From Curvularia clavata (Eukaryota): a stretch of DNA of 64,000 nt. The DNA lies in the NCBI GenBank assembly GCA_023920165.1, contig CP089275.1, positions 3,348,001-3,412,000 on the forward strand, read 5' to 3'. Of the stretch, positions 40,331-52,514 are shown in pieces. The position numbers were made by a program, and so were the translations under genes. The notes under the pieces are model-generated. The model had not been told where the DNA came from and did not search any database. It saw only the letters and a list, made by a program, of their open reading frames with translations. Numbering within the stretch: the stretch's first letter is position 1; each line of letters begins with the position of its first letter.

Positions 40331-41654
40331 TCACCTATAACCGTTGTCGTGGCCCCATGGCATATCATCTGGTCTTAGTCCCATGGCCTCTTTCTGCTCC
40401 ATCTGTCTCTGTAGCTCCGCCTCCCTTTTCACCTGTTGCAGATATCGCAGTCTCTCTTTCCTCGCCTTCTCCTTCAACTCGCCAAAGGGATCAAACCGAT
40501 CGCTCTCTGGGTTCTTGAAAGGATTCTCTCTCCAGCTACCTCGATCCGTCAGCGTCGTGCTCCTTGGCCTGTTGTTGAGCATGTCGTAAGCTTTGTTGCG
40601 TTGGGGGTCTTCAAAAGGGTTCGGAGTTGGAGGCGGAATTTGAGAGTTGTTGCGGGTTGTTGACACAGTTTCTGGACGCGAATAAGGGCCAGGGCCGAAA
40701 AGAGTGTTACTGCGGTTCGTTGAGCGGGTCAGGTGGCCTTCTCCTCCGCCATTACTGGCACCCTGGAGACGCGCGAAGATTGAGGATGCAGTGCCAGTGT
40801 GTGCAGTTTCGGGAGCCCGGGGAGCCTGACCCATGGACGGGTCGAATTTCTCGTCTGGTAGCAGTAGAGGATCCATGTAGCTCCTTGCTTTGCGGCGCCT
40901 GATAAAAATCACCGCGGCAATGAGCAGTGCCAAAGCGCCTACTTAACTGTTAGACACGATCAAAGGTTATGTGAGATTGGAGATGCAACGAACCAAGTAT
41001 ACCCAGCACAATTGCCGCAATCATGGCTTGTTTGGTCATGATCGTTGGCTCTGGTTTGCGCGCCATTTCCGCAGCACCAGTCTCACCCGATAATTCCGCT
41101 TCTGCAGTCGACAAGGGTGGTGGCGGAGGCGGAGGTAGGGACACCGAAACCGTTGGGGAAGCCTGCTTTTGCCTGTCGCTTTGACTCTTGCTTACAGACG
41201 TCGAGGTCATGGCAGGTAGGCTCGTTGTTGTTGTTAGCGTCGTGCCTGTGGTCAAAGGTATGGCTACAAGGGCTGTCGACGAAGTGAATTGAAACGACGG
41301 TAGCGACGTTGACGAGGTACGGCTTTCAGACGACGACGGATATGAAGACGACGACGTCGGTAGAGAGGATGCGCTGGCCGATTCGGGACCCAGAGTTTGA
41401 ACGGGTTGGGATATTGAGCTGCTTTCTGATGGTGATGGTGGCTCTGCCTCGTCGTCAGAATCAGAATCTTCGCTTTCTGATTGCCCGCCAACTGTCGATG
41501 GACTGCTGAATGGCGAGTCTGGGCTCTCAGGCCCTTCCTCCTCCTCTTTCTGCTCTTCAGTAAGGGGCATCGTGGTCGCAGTTCCATCTTGACGTCGTGC
41601 GAGCCTGGGGTAGATTTCGACTGGTGATGGCCGTCGGAGTTGATAGCGAGCCAT
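40331..41654 (-). CDS. Ser/Thr-rich single-pass membrane protein (Mid2/Wsc-like architecture), 2 exons
   Basis: S/T-rich N-terminal region; TM segment AMIAAIVLGILGALALLIAAVIFI spanning an intron, followed by RRRK; cytoplasmic NPF motifs. Confidence 0.7.
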
Positions 41655-42971
41655 TGTAAAAATAATAAACAGGTATTAGATAAAGTTACACACACGCCAA
41701 GAGGCTAATAGCGCAGAGAAAGCAAGAAAATAATAATAATGATTGTCTCCAGGACTATGAACCAAAAAGAATGGATCCGGTCAACGGAGAGGTTGAAAAG
41801 AACGTCTGACTTCTCAATGACAATGTCAACCCACGGCAATCAAGGCGAGGAGAGAGAGAGAGTAAAGCAGTGGAACCTGGAGGCGCCAGGGCTTTGAATG
41901 GAGCATGACGGCTTGGGGGCCGGCTTGTCAGGGTCATTTAGTCTCAGTCGCACAACGTCTCCAGTTGGCGATTGAGTGGATCTGCTTGGCACTGTCTTCA
42001 TCCCCAGCGCTGCTAAGAAAATACGATAGAAACGGTATCTCTTTGATTGGGCTGAGTTGAGTATCCTTGAAACTAAGGCTCAATGACGCCCAGTAACCTG
42101 CAACATTCGATCGACAGGTGAATGTGCGGAATCGTCTAGCTGGGCAATGCTAAGACATGCATCAACTGGGGTCTGAGGCTTGTTTGAGTTCTGTGGTTGG
42201 GCACGGGGAATACTTGAGACGCCTTGGCGGTTTGACCGTTCAATGATGCAGCGCCTTGTGCTTCAGCACCCCCATACACGCGGCGGCATCGCATGGGTTA
42301 CCAGGGCGCCACAGTTGCTGCTGTTGGGACAAGCCATGCGCTAACGCTGTCAGTTCTGTTGACAGAGTGCATGACGCCTCGTGGATCGAGCAGATGGAAG
42401 ATCTATAGAACAGATGCTTGAGCCATGCACTTGGTCTCATTGGCAGAACCCAATCTCAGGATGATTCTGAATAGCTTGTTAGCAATAATCATCAGGATGT
42501 TCCATGCAGACATGTCAGTACGTAGGCGCCTTTGCAGACATTGTGTTACGTCTGTGAAGCTGGGGCAGAAGTGGAGAAAGGAGGCGCCACTGAGAACAGG
42601 TGTGGCGCGAAAACCCCGGATGAGAAGTGGAGCCTCACCGTGGTCAGGCCGGCGGGCCACCAACGTGCCGCATCAACAACGTTCCGCATCCGTACTGATA
42701 TCTCGAATACTGGTGGAACTGTCGCGTGCTCCCTTGTCTTTTGACGCATGAGCCTACCGGTCGTGGGATTTTGGCATTGCTAACAGACAGGACGTTAATC
42801 ACGGGTTTCTGCTTCCCGTATGCACAGTACCCTATGGAGTAAAGCAGCATATAAGGAAGCCACACAATGCAGGAGAAAACAGGATATGTTACAAATTATA
42901 TCATCCGTTTAATTATGAGCACATACTATGGAGTGAAGATTGAAAACTGACGGAAAAAAGATGAGCCAGGT

Positions 42972-45900
42972 CTACGTCGGTAAGGCTCGGTCCATACTTT
43001 GACCTAAACACATCTCATAGTACATCCCTCTCTTCGCAAGCAAGTCTTGGTGGGCTCCACGCTCCACAATACTTCCCTTGGCAAACACAAAGATTGTGTC
43101 TGCATCCTTTATGGTACTGAGACGATGTGCTACTGCAATAGTTGTGCGTCCACTCTGCGCTTCCTCAAGTGCTGATTGGACCACTCGCTCAGACTCGGTG
43201 TCAAGGGCAGATGTGGCTTCGTCAAGCAGTAGCAGGCGTGGCTCCCGTATCAATGCTCGGGCTATTGCAATGCGTTGGCGTTGCCCTCCAGATAATTGCG
43301 TGCCTCTGCTACCACACATGGTTGCGAAACCATTCGGTAGAGATGTGACAAAATCATAGATGTTGGCTTGTTTGGCCACATTCTCAACTTGCGCATCGGT
43401 GACATCAGTCTCCATACCCATGGCTATGTTGTCACGAACCGAGCCTTGGTACAAGACAGGTTCTTGCTGGACTAGCGAAACACTACGACGATATTTGCGG
43501 GGACAGAGATCCGCCAAGGACTGATTGTCGCAAGTTATTCGACCTGTAACTGGATCGTAGAATCTCTCAAGAAGAGATACCATTGTCGATTTCCCACAGC
43601 CGGATGCGCCCACAAGTGCGATGAAGTTGCCCGGCCGTACGTCAATATCGACACCTTCTAGGACTTTGGCATGTGGCCGAGACTCGTACGCAAACGCAAC
43701 ATCTTGCACTTCAATATGCGCAGGACCCTTGTCCTTCTCGTCGTCGGATGGCGGCTTAGAAGCATCCTCCTCCACGGCCGGTGTTAATCGCCTCAACCAG
43801 AACACGTAGTTTGCCGCTGTAGCTGCTTTGGTCAGACTGGTTGTGTATGAGAAGAACCCTGCGGCTGCTTCTCCTGAAAAGATAACTCCGATGAAAACGG
43901 TAAAAAATTGTGTGGTATTGTACTCGCCGGTACTGATGAGGCGACCACCGTACCAAAAGCCCTACATTTTGTTAGTTGCATCTCTCCGGACATTAGCACA
44001 TGAGATGATACATACCAGAGCCATAGCCAGAAACGAAATAGATTGCGACAGTGCGTACCAGAACATGGTCCACACTAGAGCCCGGATGCCGTCTCTTGCG
44101 ACGTGACGCAAACGGTCCTCATATCGTGCAAGAACATGTCGCTCAAGCGCGAGACTCGAAACTGTACGAATGGCGGAGACTGCTTCAGAAGCGAGAGCGG
44201 CGCTACTGGCAAACCGCTTTCCAGTAAGTTCCTCAAGTTTGAATTCAAGCCGAATCCTGAGATAGCCAGCGAGTACGATTGGCGGTAGTGCTAGAGGCAT
44301 AAAAGTCAGCATGGCTTCCTCATTGGATCTGAGAAACCCACCTCCGAAAACGACCACAAGACCCAGCTTCCATCCAATAGCAATAGCAAGAATGGAGCTG
44401 GACACAACATTAACAACATTGATACAGATGAGCATCAAGTTGAAGCCCATGAGCTCGCGTAGGTTGTCGGGATATCCCGAGAGATTTGAAACAAGCGCGC
44501 CACTAGCATTGCTCTGGTCGTCGAAGAAGGCCATGTCTTGCTTGAGGACCAGATCAAATATCTCGCGTCGGTACTTTCTTCCCACGACTTGTGCTACAAT
44601 GTTGCTTGACCAGCCAACAGAAGCGTATACAGCTAGATTGCCAAGAGCAACAATGAAAAACATGAGGGACCAGAAGTCACCCTGGGATACGGCTCGGCCG
44701 GGAGGTAACTCAAAAGCTCTGACAACACGCGAGAAGAGTATAGCTTGGGCAGGGAACGTCGCTCCCCCTGCGAGAACCGCGATTAGTAGAACAAGGAAGC
44801 ATTTCCAAAGCTCACCCTGTTCCCTGAGAATCAGAAAGGTGCACTTCACCAGATTGTAATTGATTCCATCTTTCGTCGACTGTTTTACCTCATGATTCGT
44901 GCCGGATGCTTGGGTCTGCGTACGTACTAAATCAACCCTCTCTGTAGTCTGATCCTGCTTGAACTTTTCTTCATTCTGGGTCTGGCCAAGATCCTGAGCT
45001 CTGACGAGGCGAGTGTACGCCCCATCTCGCGCCAAGAGTTGTTTGTGTGAGCCTTGTTCCACAACAGCACCGCTGGCCATGACAACAATGTTATCCGCAT
45101 TACGGATGGTAGAGAGACGATGTGCGATGACAATTGTAGTACGTCCTTCAGAGACGCGCTCCAAGGCTTGCTGAACGATCTTCTCGGCTTTTGGGTCCAG
45201 GGCGCTGGTGGCCTCGTCTAAGAGCAAAACAGTTGGCTCTGAAACTATACTCCGTGCGATTGCTATCCGTTGCTTTTGACCACCTGAAAGGTTTGCTGCG
45301 CGCTCACCAAGCTGTGTGTCGTAGCCCTGTCGGACGTCAGCGCTGCTCCCTGATGTATAACACACAAAGCCAAGGAACCCACTCTAGGTAGTCGTTCAAT
45401 GAACTCGTCAGCATAAGCATCTTTACAGGCTTTTTTCACCAATTCTCGCTGCTCACTTTCAGGAAGATTGGCTTTTTCGGTGCCGAAAAGGCCGAATGCG
45501 ACATTTTCGTATACTGTTCCAGAGAATAGAACGGGCTCTTGTTGAACCAGACGTATTTTGGTCCGCAGCCATGTGAGGTTGAACTCTCTTATATCTGTAC
45601 CATCCAGAGTAATTATGCCACTAGCCGGATCGTACCAACGTTCGATCAAGCCGATAATAGTGGACTTGCCGCTACCTGAGGCTCCTACGAGAGCAGTGGT
45701 TTTACCAGCGGGTGCTGATACAGTCAGGTTGTTTAGCACCGTGATATCGGGTCTCGCAGGGTAGGCAAAACTGATATCCTTAATCTCGATGACGCCCTTA
45801 CAGATGGCGGGTTTTTTCCCATCCTCGTTCAGTGGATCTATCTCAGATTTGCGATCAATGGTTTTGAACAACTCGTCTGCAGACGAAGATGCCTTCGTCA

Positions 45901-47191
45901 ACGCCAAAATCTGAGGAGCTATTGTCGTCATTGCAGTAGCTGCCACAATCACAGCCAATATGACGGTAAATACGTCCCCTATTGAGATGTCAATGATTTT
46001 CATCGCCAACTGTTAAGACTTTGTTCTCAGTTAAGAAAAAGATCGACATACCACTCTGTTTGATCTCTCCTCTTGCAAACATCCGAATACCTTGCCAGAA
46101 GGCCAATCCATAGCCACAGTAAACGCAGAAGAATTCGGTGGAAAATAAGACAGCATAATTGGGTGATTTCTTCATGCCTACATCCATTGCTTCACCGAGA
46201 ACTTTGTCGTACTTGCGCGATAATAAAGGATGCAGCCAAAAAGCATGAACGGTGCGTATGGTTGAGAAAACTTCTTCTGCAAGCTGTCCGGCTCTTGAAT
46301 AGATTGGTAGCAGCTGGTCCTCGTTCTTAGCATCAATGCCTACGCAGATGCCAACCGCTATCAGGATAGTGGGAACGATGCTAATCGTGATCAAGGCGAG
46401 CTTCCATTGTACGATGAAGGCGATGATGAAAGCTGATACGAATGTAGATACACCCTGAATGGTGAGTGTAAGCTTTTCAGAGATGCCATTGTTGACATTA
46501 TTCCCGTTGCTGGTAGCTTGCGATGTAACAGAAGCAGCCTCATCTGAATCAAAGTAGGCAATGTTCTGCCGAAGAATATGTTTGATGAAGTCTAAGCGCA
46601 AGGCCTTGGTGGTGCGTATGGCGGCTATGGATACGAAAGTCTGGCGACATGAGCATTGGCATATCAAGATACAGGGTTCTCGATGGGGTTTACATACAGA
46701 GTGAATATATACTAAAGCGAATTTTCCAATGAAGAGATACAAAAAGTAGACAGTATACTTGTTCACTTCGGATCGATACTGTGCTGGGGTGATACCACCA
46801 GTAGAAAAGCCGGTAAATGTGGAAACAAATCTAAATTGTCAGCGAAGACCTTGATTCTGCTGCATCACAGGATACTAACTTCCCAAAAACAAGATCCATG
46901 AGCGGAAGTAATGTCCCAGCAGCGATGGCTGCAACAAACGCAATGATATTCAGAGTCCAACCGATGCGATCTGTATACCGAAAGACGCGCTGGAACGGTG
47001 TCAATAGGAATAGGAAATCTAACGTTGGTATTCATAGTCCGCTAACTTACCACATAACCACCCATGCCACCGCTTTTAGGCGCCTGCGATGTAGCATCGC
47101 TATCGTGGTCTGAGAATGTGCTTCCCTTGGCATCTACAGATACTTGTGTCTCAGATTGAAGTGGCTGAGCCTGATGATCTTCAGAAGGCAT
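42972..47191 (-). CDS. Full-length ABCB (MDR/P-glycoprotein-like) ABC transporter, multi-exon
   Basis: Two NBDs: GASGSGKS / [13 protein letters not shown] / [11 protein letters not shown] and GASGCGKS / [13 protein letters not shown] / [23 protein letters not shown] order. Starts MPSEDHQ at 47191. Confidence 0.95.
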
Positions 47192-47293
47192 GATTGCAAA
47201 CAAAGCTGATGCCGTTGAACATCACACCAGCTGGTACAGCTGAACAGTTCTACCGAAGTTGGTCAAGTGTGCGCTTCAAATACTATACAGAGT

Positions 47294-47666
47294 CCGGAGT
47301 CCGTGGATAAGATGTCCGCAGCTAAGAGGCCACGCCGAAAGGGCGCGTTGGAAGACCGAGCGCGGCATCGAGACGACCGTAGGGCGTACGAGTTGAATGC
47401 GAATCATACACCAGACACAGCAGCCTATGGGAAGGAAGAACCATCTTGGCACAGTCACGTGTCCTGTCTATCTTCTGTCGCGTACGCGGGGTGCGGTCCC
47501 ATAACCAACTACAAATAAAGTTCAACCTGTTCCATTCGTGACTTAATGTCCATGTTTCCGGGTTGACACAAGGCTGCCTGCAAGAAATCGATTGCTGCCT
47601 GGTGTTTATGTGATTCTCGTCGACAGTAATGACATAGTTGACGGAGCCCCCTGTGCCCGGAGTCCG
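47294..47666. promoter_or_regulatory. Two copies of CCGGAGTCCG (CGG-N3-CCG) in the ABC/TF bidirectional promoter; putative Zn2Cys6 sites
   Basis: Exact 10-mer at 47294-47303 and 47657-47666. The first copy overlaps TCCGTGGA (47300-47307), a PDRE-like octamer. Confidence 0.45.
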
Positions 47667-47778
47667 AGAAGCCCGAGAAATCCGCAAGCTAACCCCTCGC
47701 ATTACTACAGCCACTCTCGCACTCCACGCGCAGCGACACCGCGGCACCGCGGCACTAATCGAGCCCACAACCGACGCC

Positions 47779-50574
47779 ATGGAAGATGAGGACATGGATG
47801 GGTCCCCCGACGGGGGCTTGTCTAAGCGTGCGGTAAGTACACAGCAGGCAGCCCCTAGAGCTTGGCTCGAGGCTGCTTACAGTGATCCACCCGCTGACGA
47901 TCCACAAAACAGTGTGATAGCTGCCGCACGCGTAAGATACGCTGCGATCGAGCCGTGCCATGTTCGAACTGCAAAGCGAGCAAACTAGGTATGAAACGCT
48001 GGCTTCGCTATGCACATAACAGGCCGTTACTGAGAAGCGCAGCTTGCAAAACAACCGCTCCTCAGCAGAAGGCTCAGCGGCAAAGGGTCCACATCTCTGA
48101 AGAATAGTACGTGTTTCAACAAATTAATTATTCTAATTGGCTGTATTTGCGAAAATCCAGCCATATCCACATGGCTTCGCAAAAGCAAACCATGAAAACC
48201 CAGTCCGGTTCCATTTGGTGGCCAGTTATAAATTACGACCAATGACATGAATGCTGACCTATTACAGCGAGAAGAAAATAGACCGAATTGAAGATCGTCT
48301 AGCAGGAATCGAAACCGTCCTAGCCAATCTTTCGTCAAAACTCGGCAGCATTGACCTTTCCAAAGACATCCATGAATCCAGCAGCCAGTCACGTTCCAGC
48401 CGGGTTGGGCGAAGCCCAGGTAGCGGTTTACAAGAAGCTCCTACCCCTGCACCGTTTGAGGGTGAGAGCTCGATCAATATTCAGTCGGTTTATGCTCGTG
48501 AGATGCTAGCTCAGGTGATTGATAACACACCGTCAATTGGCCAAAATGAAGAAGTCAAGACAGCACTCACAGCACTCTCGGAAATGGTATCACAGCCGAG
48601 CCAGACTTTAGCTCCAAGCAACCGCTTGATCAATCGTTCCCTTTCCGAGGTGGATCCTGCAAGGCTTGAACAGCCTCCATGGACGGAGGTTTGCAAGGCT
48701 TTTGATGCAGCTATGAGTTGAGTTCCAATACACCTCGTTGCTTGCACGCTACTGACTTACCAGGTTATCCTACAATGGCATTTGCCGTCGTGTTTCCGTT
48801 CCTTAAAATGCCAAACCTGAGGGAAATCTTCTACGATGCATACCACAATGCTGGCACATGTACCGCTGCTCGGCGGGTGCTCACTTATGGCATCCTAGAG
48901 AAGATCTTTGACGAATTTATTGCATTCCCCCCTGCGGGTATGGACATAAGCGAATATGCTACCTACACAACCATATGCAAACGGCAGTCAGAGGTAGCAC
49001 TGAGCCAACTCGACCTGTTCATGCCAGCAAGCTATGAGAACATCATGGCCCTGGTACTCGGATCAGCACAGGCAGTCGAGATGTGTAAGCCCTCTCTTTG
49101 CTGGGTCTTGATATCGGCTGCAGCGGGTTTGTGTATAAGCCTAGGATATCATCGCATCAACACCATGATTCACGATACCCCTGAAGAGAAACAGTCGAAG
49201 ATCTACATCTTCTGGATGATATACATGTTCGACAAGACTTTGTCGCTGAGACTGGGTCGATCCAGCATCCTGCAGGACTGGGATATATCCCTGCCCTTCG
49301 TGCACGAGAGTCCCCACGACAAATCAGCGGCCAAACCTACTCAAATGTTGTCCTACTGGGTCAAGGTTGCCAGGATTCAGGGATTGACATATGAGAAACT
49401 CTTCTGTCCCGCCTCCTTCATCAAAACCACCGAGGAGCGTATGGCTACTGCAATGGACCTGATTAATGGCATGAACCAAGCGTGGTATGAACGTGACGAT
49501 GTAAAAGCCTTCACTCGCGCAAAACTAGGCAAAAATGCCAACGGGGTCACGCAACAATCAACTGGAATAGGGCCCAGCCCTAACGATACCCCACTACCGT
49601 CGCAAATAAATGAGTACATACAGCGGTCGCTGAAGGAAAAACCAGAATCCAACCAGTATATTAAGAGTATGTCGCATAATTTGTTTCGGCATGATATGTT
49701 AGGCTAATTCCACCAGATGCATACGACCGCGTTGAAGACATATTCTTTTATTCTGACGTCGTCTCGCACTACTCGACGTGTGCACTCATACAGCGCTCAG
49801 TAAGCCCAGGCAATATGTCCTTCAACAAGGAATGCCTTGAATCATCGCGAGCAGCTCTTGAAGCTCATAAGAGGGCTTGTTTACAGTTTAACAAGAAAGG
49901 TCAAGAGGAACTCTGGTCTGGATATGTACACTGGTCTATCCTACAGGCGCCATTTGTACCGTAAGCTGCTTCACTCACTTTCCTAGACGTTCCGAGCTAA
50001 TTGACGCAGGTTTATTGTCATCTTTTGCAACGCGATCCAACAGGCAGACACATCTGATGTAAGCGCGGACCTCCAGTCACTATCAGAGTTTATCACTAGT
50101 CTCGAGTCCTGTCGCACTATCTCTGAAGGTGCAGACAAGCTTTACAGGATGTGCCATCTCTTCTTGCGGGTCGCAAGGCTTTACGTGATGGCGAAGACAC
50201 AAGATGCTGCTTTGCGATCACAAAACTTTACCCAAAGCACTCAACCCGGGTACTACAGCACTGCAGACGCCGCACAGCTCGACCTCAACGCCATGTCACA
50301 ATTTGATCCATATCTCAATGCACTTGGACTATTACCCAACTCGACCTGGCCAGCGGCTGATTACAACATGAATACCGGTGATCCAGGTGGCATGCAAGCC
50401 TTTCCGCAAGACCAAGCAACCGGCAACAATGCGAGTATAAGTCAAATGGACGTTGGATTCGGACCATCAGGTGTTAATCACAACGCTATGCAGGACTGGT
50501 TCTCTGGCTCTATATACCTAATGAACCTGATGGAGCCGGGAGACGATCTGCAGATGCCGGACCTGAATTTGTAA
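47779..50574 (+). CDS. Zn(II)2Cys6 transcription factor with fungal-specific TF (MHR) domain, multi-exon
   Basis: Spliced CDSCRTRKIRCDRAVPCSNCKASKLAC cluster; IFWMIYMFDKTLSLRLGRSS middle-homology motif; acidic/hydrophobic C-terminus. Confidence 0.92.
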
Positions 50575-51268
50575 GAAGATCAATTCAACGAAGAATCGGG
50601 CATGTCGATGCCTCCGGCGTCTCGAGGCAAGTCGATGATGATTTAACGAAGTGTTTTTAAATAGCGTGTTTCCTGATGAGAGCTATACCATGGATGATAT
50701 ATCAATACCCAGCTTTCAGTTTCCGCTTCTGAAGACGCCTTGTGTCCTGTGAGATCAATTCGCTACTGCTCTTCTTAGCAACATCACTGTCCAGTTCGGA
50801 CACTTACGGCGTTACTTTTACTGCATGCATCCGGAGTCGAGTTGTCACTTAATCTACTGACGCATCCGCCAGGCTGTCACACTCCCCCATACACCACAAT
50901 AAATAGCTTCCCATCACCGCACAATAGCCTGACTGTAAATGCCGATAAACCTTCTACCAAATACTACAAATACCACGGAGAAACCAGTCAAGCTGAAATA
51001 TCGATCAACAGCTCCATTCATTTCTATATATTAACCTTGCTACAGCCCATCCACAAAGGTACGATCGCCTTTGGTAAAAAAACACAATATCAAAATAAGA
51101 AAACTCCAATCCTGTACAAGCCATCACCCAGTTACTGTCTTGTTGAGAATAGTGCTGACACTCAAGTAGCTTTGTTGACGATATGCCGTATGGAGATTAT
51201 CCCACTGAACGAATCCTCCATTACAGCTACCACTTGAGTGTCGGGTATCATGAGACCAACGAGGGGGC

Positions 51269-52355
51269 TTAGTTGCCAGCCTTCTTGCCCTTGCCCTTAC
51301 CCTTGGCGCCATTCTGGTGGTGGGGGTCACGGGCTTCGACTTCGACGTCACGGGCGTTCTTCTTGCCTTTGCCCTTACCCTTAGCACCGTTCTGGTGGTG
51401 GGGGTCACGGGCTTCGACTTCGACGTCACGGGCATTCTTCTTGCCCTTGCCCTTACCCTTAGCACCGTTCTGGTGGTGAGGGTCGCGAGCGACAAGGTCC
51501 TCCTCGTCCTCATCCTCAGCCTCGACGTCGCGAGCGTTCTTCTTGCCCTTACCCTTGCCCTTGGCGCCGTTCTGGTGGTGAGGATCGCGAGCTACGAGGT
51601 CATCCTCCTCGTCTTCGTCCTCGACGTCGCGGGCGTTCTTCTTGCCTTTGCCCTTGCCCTTGGCGCCATTCTGGTGGTGGGGGTCGCGAGCTACGAGGTC
51701 CTCCTCGTCCTCATCCTCATCTTCAGCCTCGACGTCACGGGCATTCTTCTTGCCCTTACCCTTGCCCTTGGCGCCGTTCTGGTGGTGAGGGTCGCGAGCT
51801 ACGAGGTCATCCTCCTCGTCCTCGTCCTCGACATCGCGGGCGTTCTTCTTGCCCTTGCCCTTGCCCTTAGCACCGTTTTGGTGGTGGGGGTCACGGGCTT
51901 CGACTTCGACATCGCGGGCATTCTTCTTGCCTTTGCCCTTACCCTTAGCACCGTTCTGGTGGTGAGGGTCGCGAGCTACGAGGTCATCCTCCTCGTCCTC
52001 GTCCTCGACATCGCGGGCGTTCTTCTTGCCCTTGCCCTTGCCCTTGGCGCCATTCTGGTGGTGAGGGTCACGGGCTTCAATGACGACATCGCGGGCGTTC
52101 TTCTTGCCCTTGCCCTTACCCTTAGCACCGTTCTGGTGGTGGCGAGCTTCAAGGTCACGAGCTGAAAGAGCGGCAACGAGGTTGGATGCTTCTTCGTGCT
52201 ACAAGAGTGTAAGTCAGTGCTACAGAGAAGAGATCATAAGATGAACATACAGGCATACGGGCCTCAACGGCGTTATCAACAACTTGCTTATTAGGAACAA
52301 CATAAGCTGAGGCAGTGGCACCGAGGGCCAACAAAGTGATGGTGGAGAAACGCAT
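51269..52355 (-). CDS. Secreted 10x tandem-repeat peptide precursor (KEP / dikaritin-type RiPP precursor candidate), 344 aa, 2 exons
   Basis: Exon 1 52355-52251 encodes the signal peptide MRFSTITLLALGATASA. Intron 52250-52199 (GTATGT..CTGAC..TAG). Exon 2 52198-51269 is open for 310 codons and carries 10 copies of HHQNGAKGKGKGKK between acidic spacers ending in AR. Confidence 0.92.
51272..52141 (-). repeat. Coding tandem array of 10 cores with 78-108 bp period
   Basis: The (c/t)tggtggtg landmark recurs at about 51314, 51392, 51470, 51572, 51671, 51779, 51878, 51956, 52055 and 52133. All spacings are multiples of 3. Confidence 0.95.
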
Positions 52356-52508
52356 TTTGAATGTGTTGATTAAATGTTCGAAATTGAATGGATTGAACGA
52401 GAGGATCTGCCTGCAGAGACGAAAAGAGATGGACTGAAGGAGCAAGTTGTGAGAAGGAATGAGCACGTTCAACGTTGATGCCCTTCTCACCTTGGATGTC
52501 GAATTAAC

Positions 52509-52514
52509 TTTATA
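52509..52514 (-). promoter_or_regulatory. TATA box of the repeat-precursor gene
   Basis: TATAAA on the minus strand about 155 bp upstream of the ATG, followed by a CT-rich leader and a CAAAATG start context. Confidence 0.55.

Noticed and set aside
51272..52141. Repeat-spacer pattern superficially like a CRISPR array or minisatellite
   Set aside because: Eukaryotic context, in-frame units and recurring spacers; it is a coding repeat.
51317..52165. 282-aa hydrophobic repetitive ORF on the + strand
   Set aside because: Antisense shadow of the repeat precursor. The minus strand has the signal peptide, intron, TATA box and synonymous-only variation.
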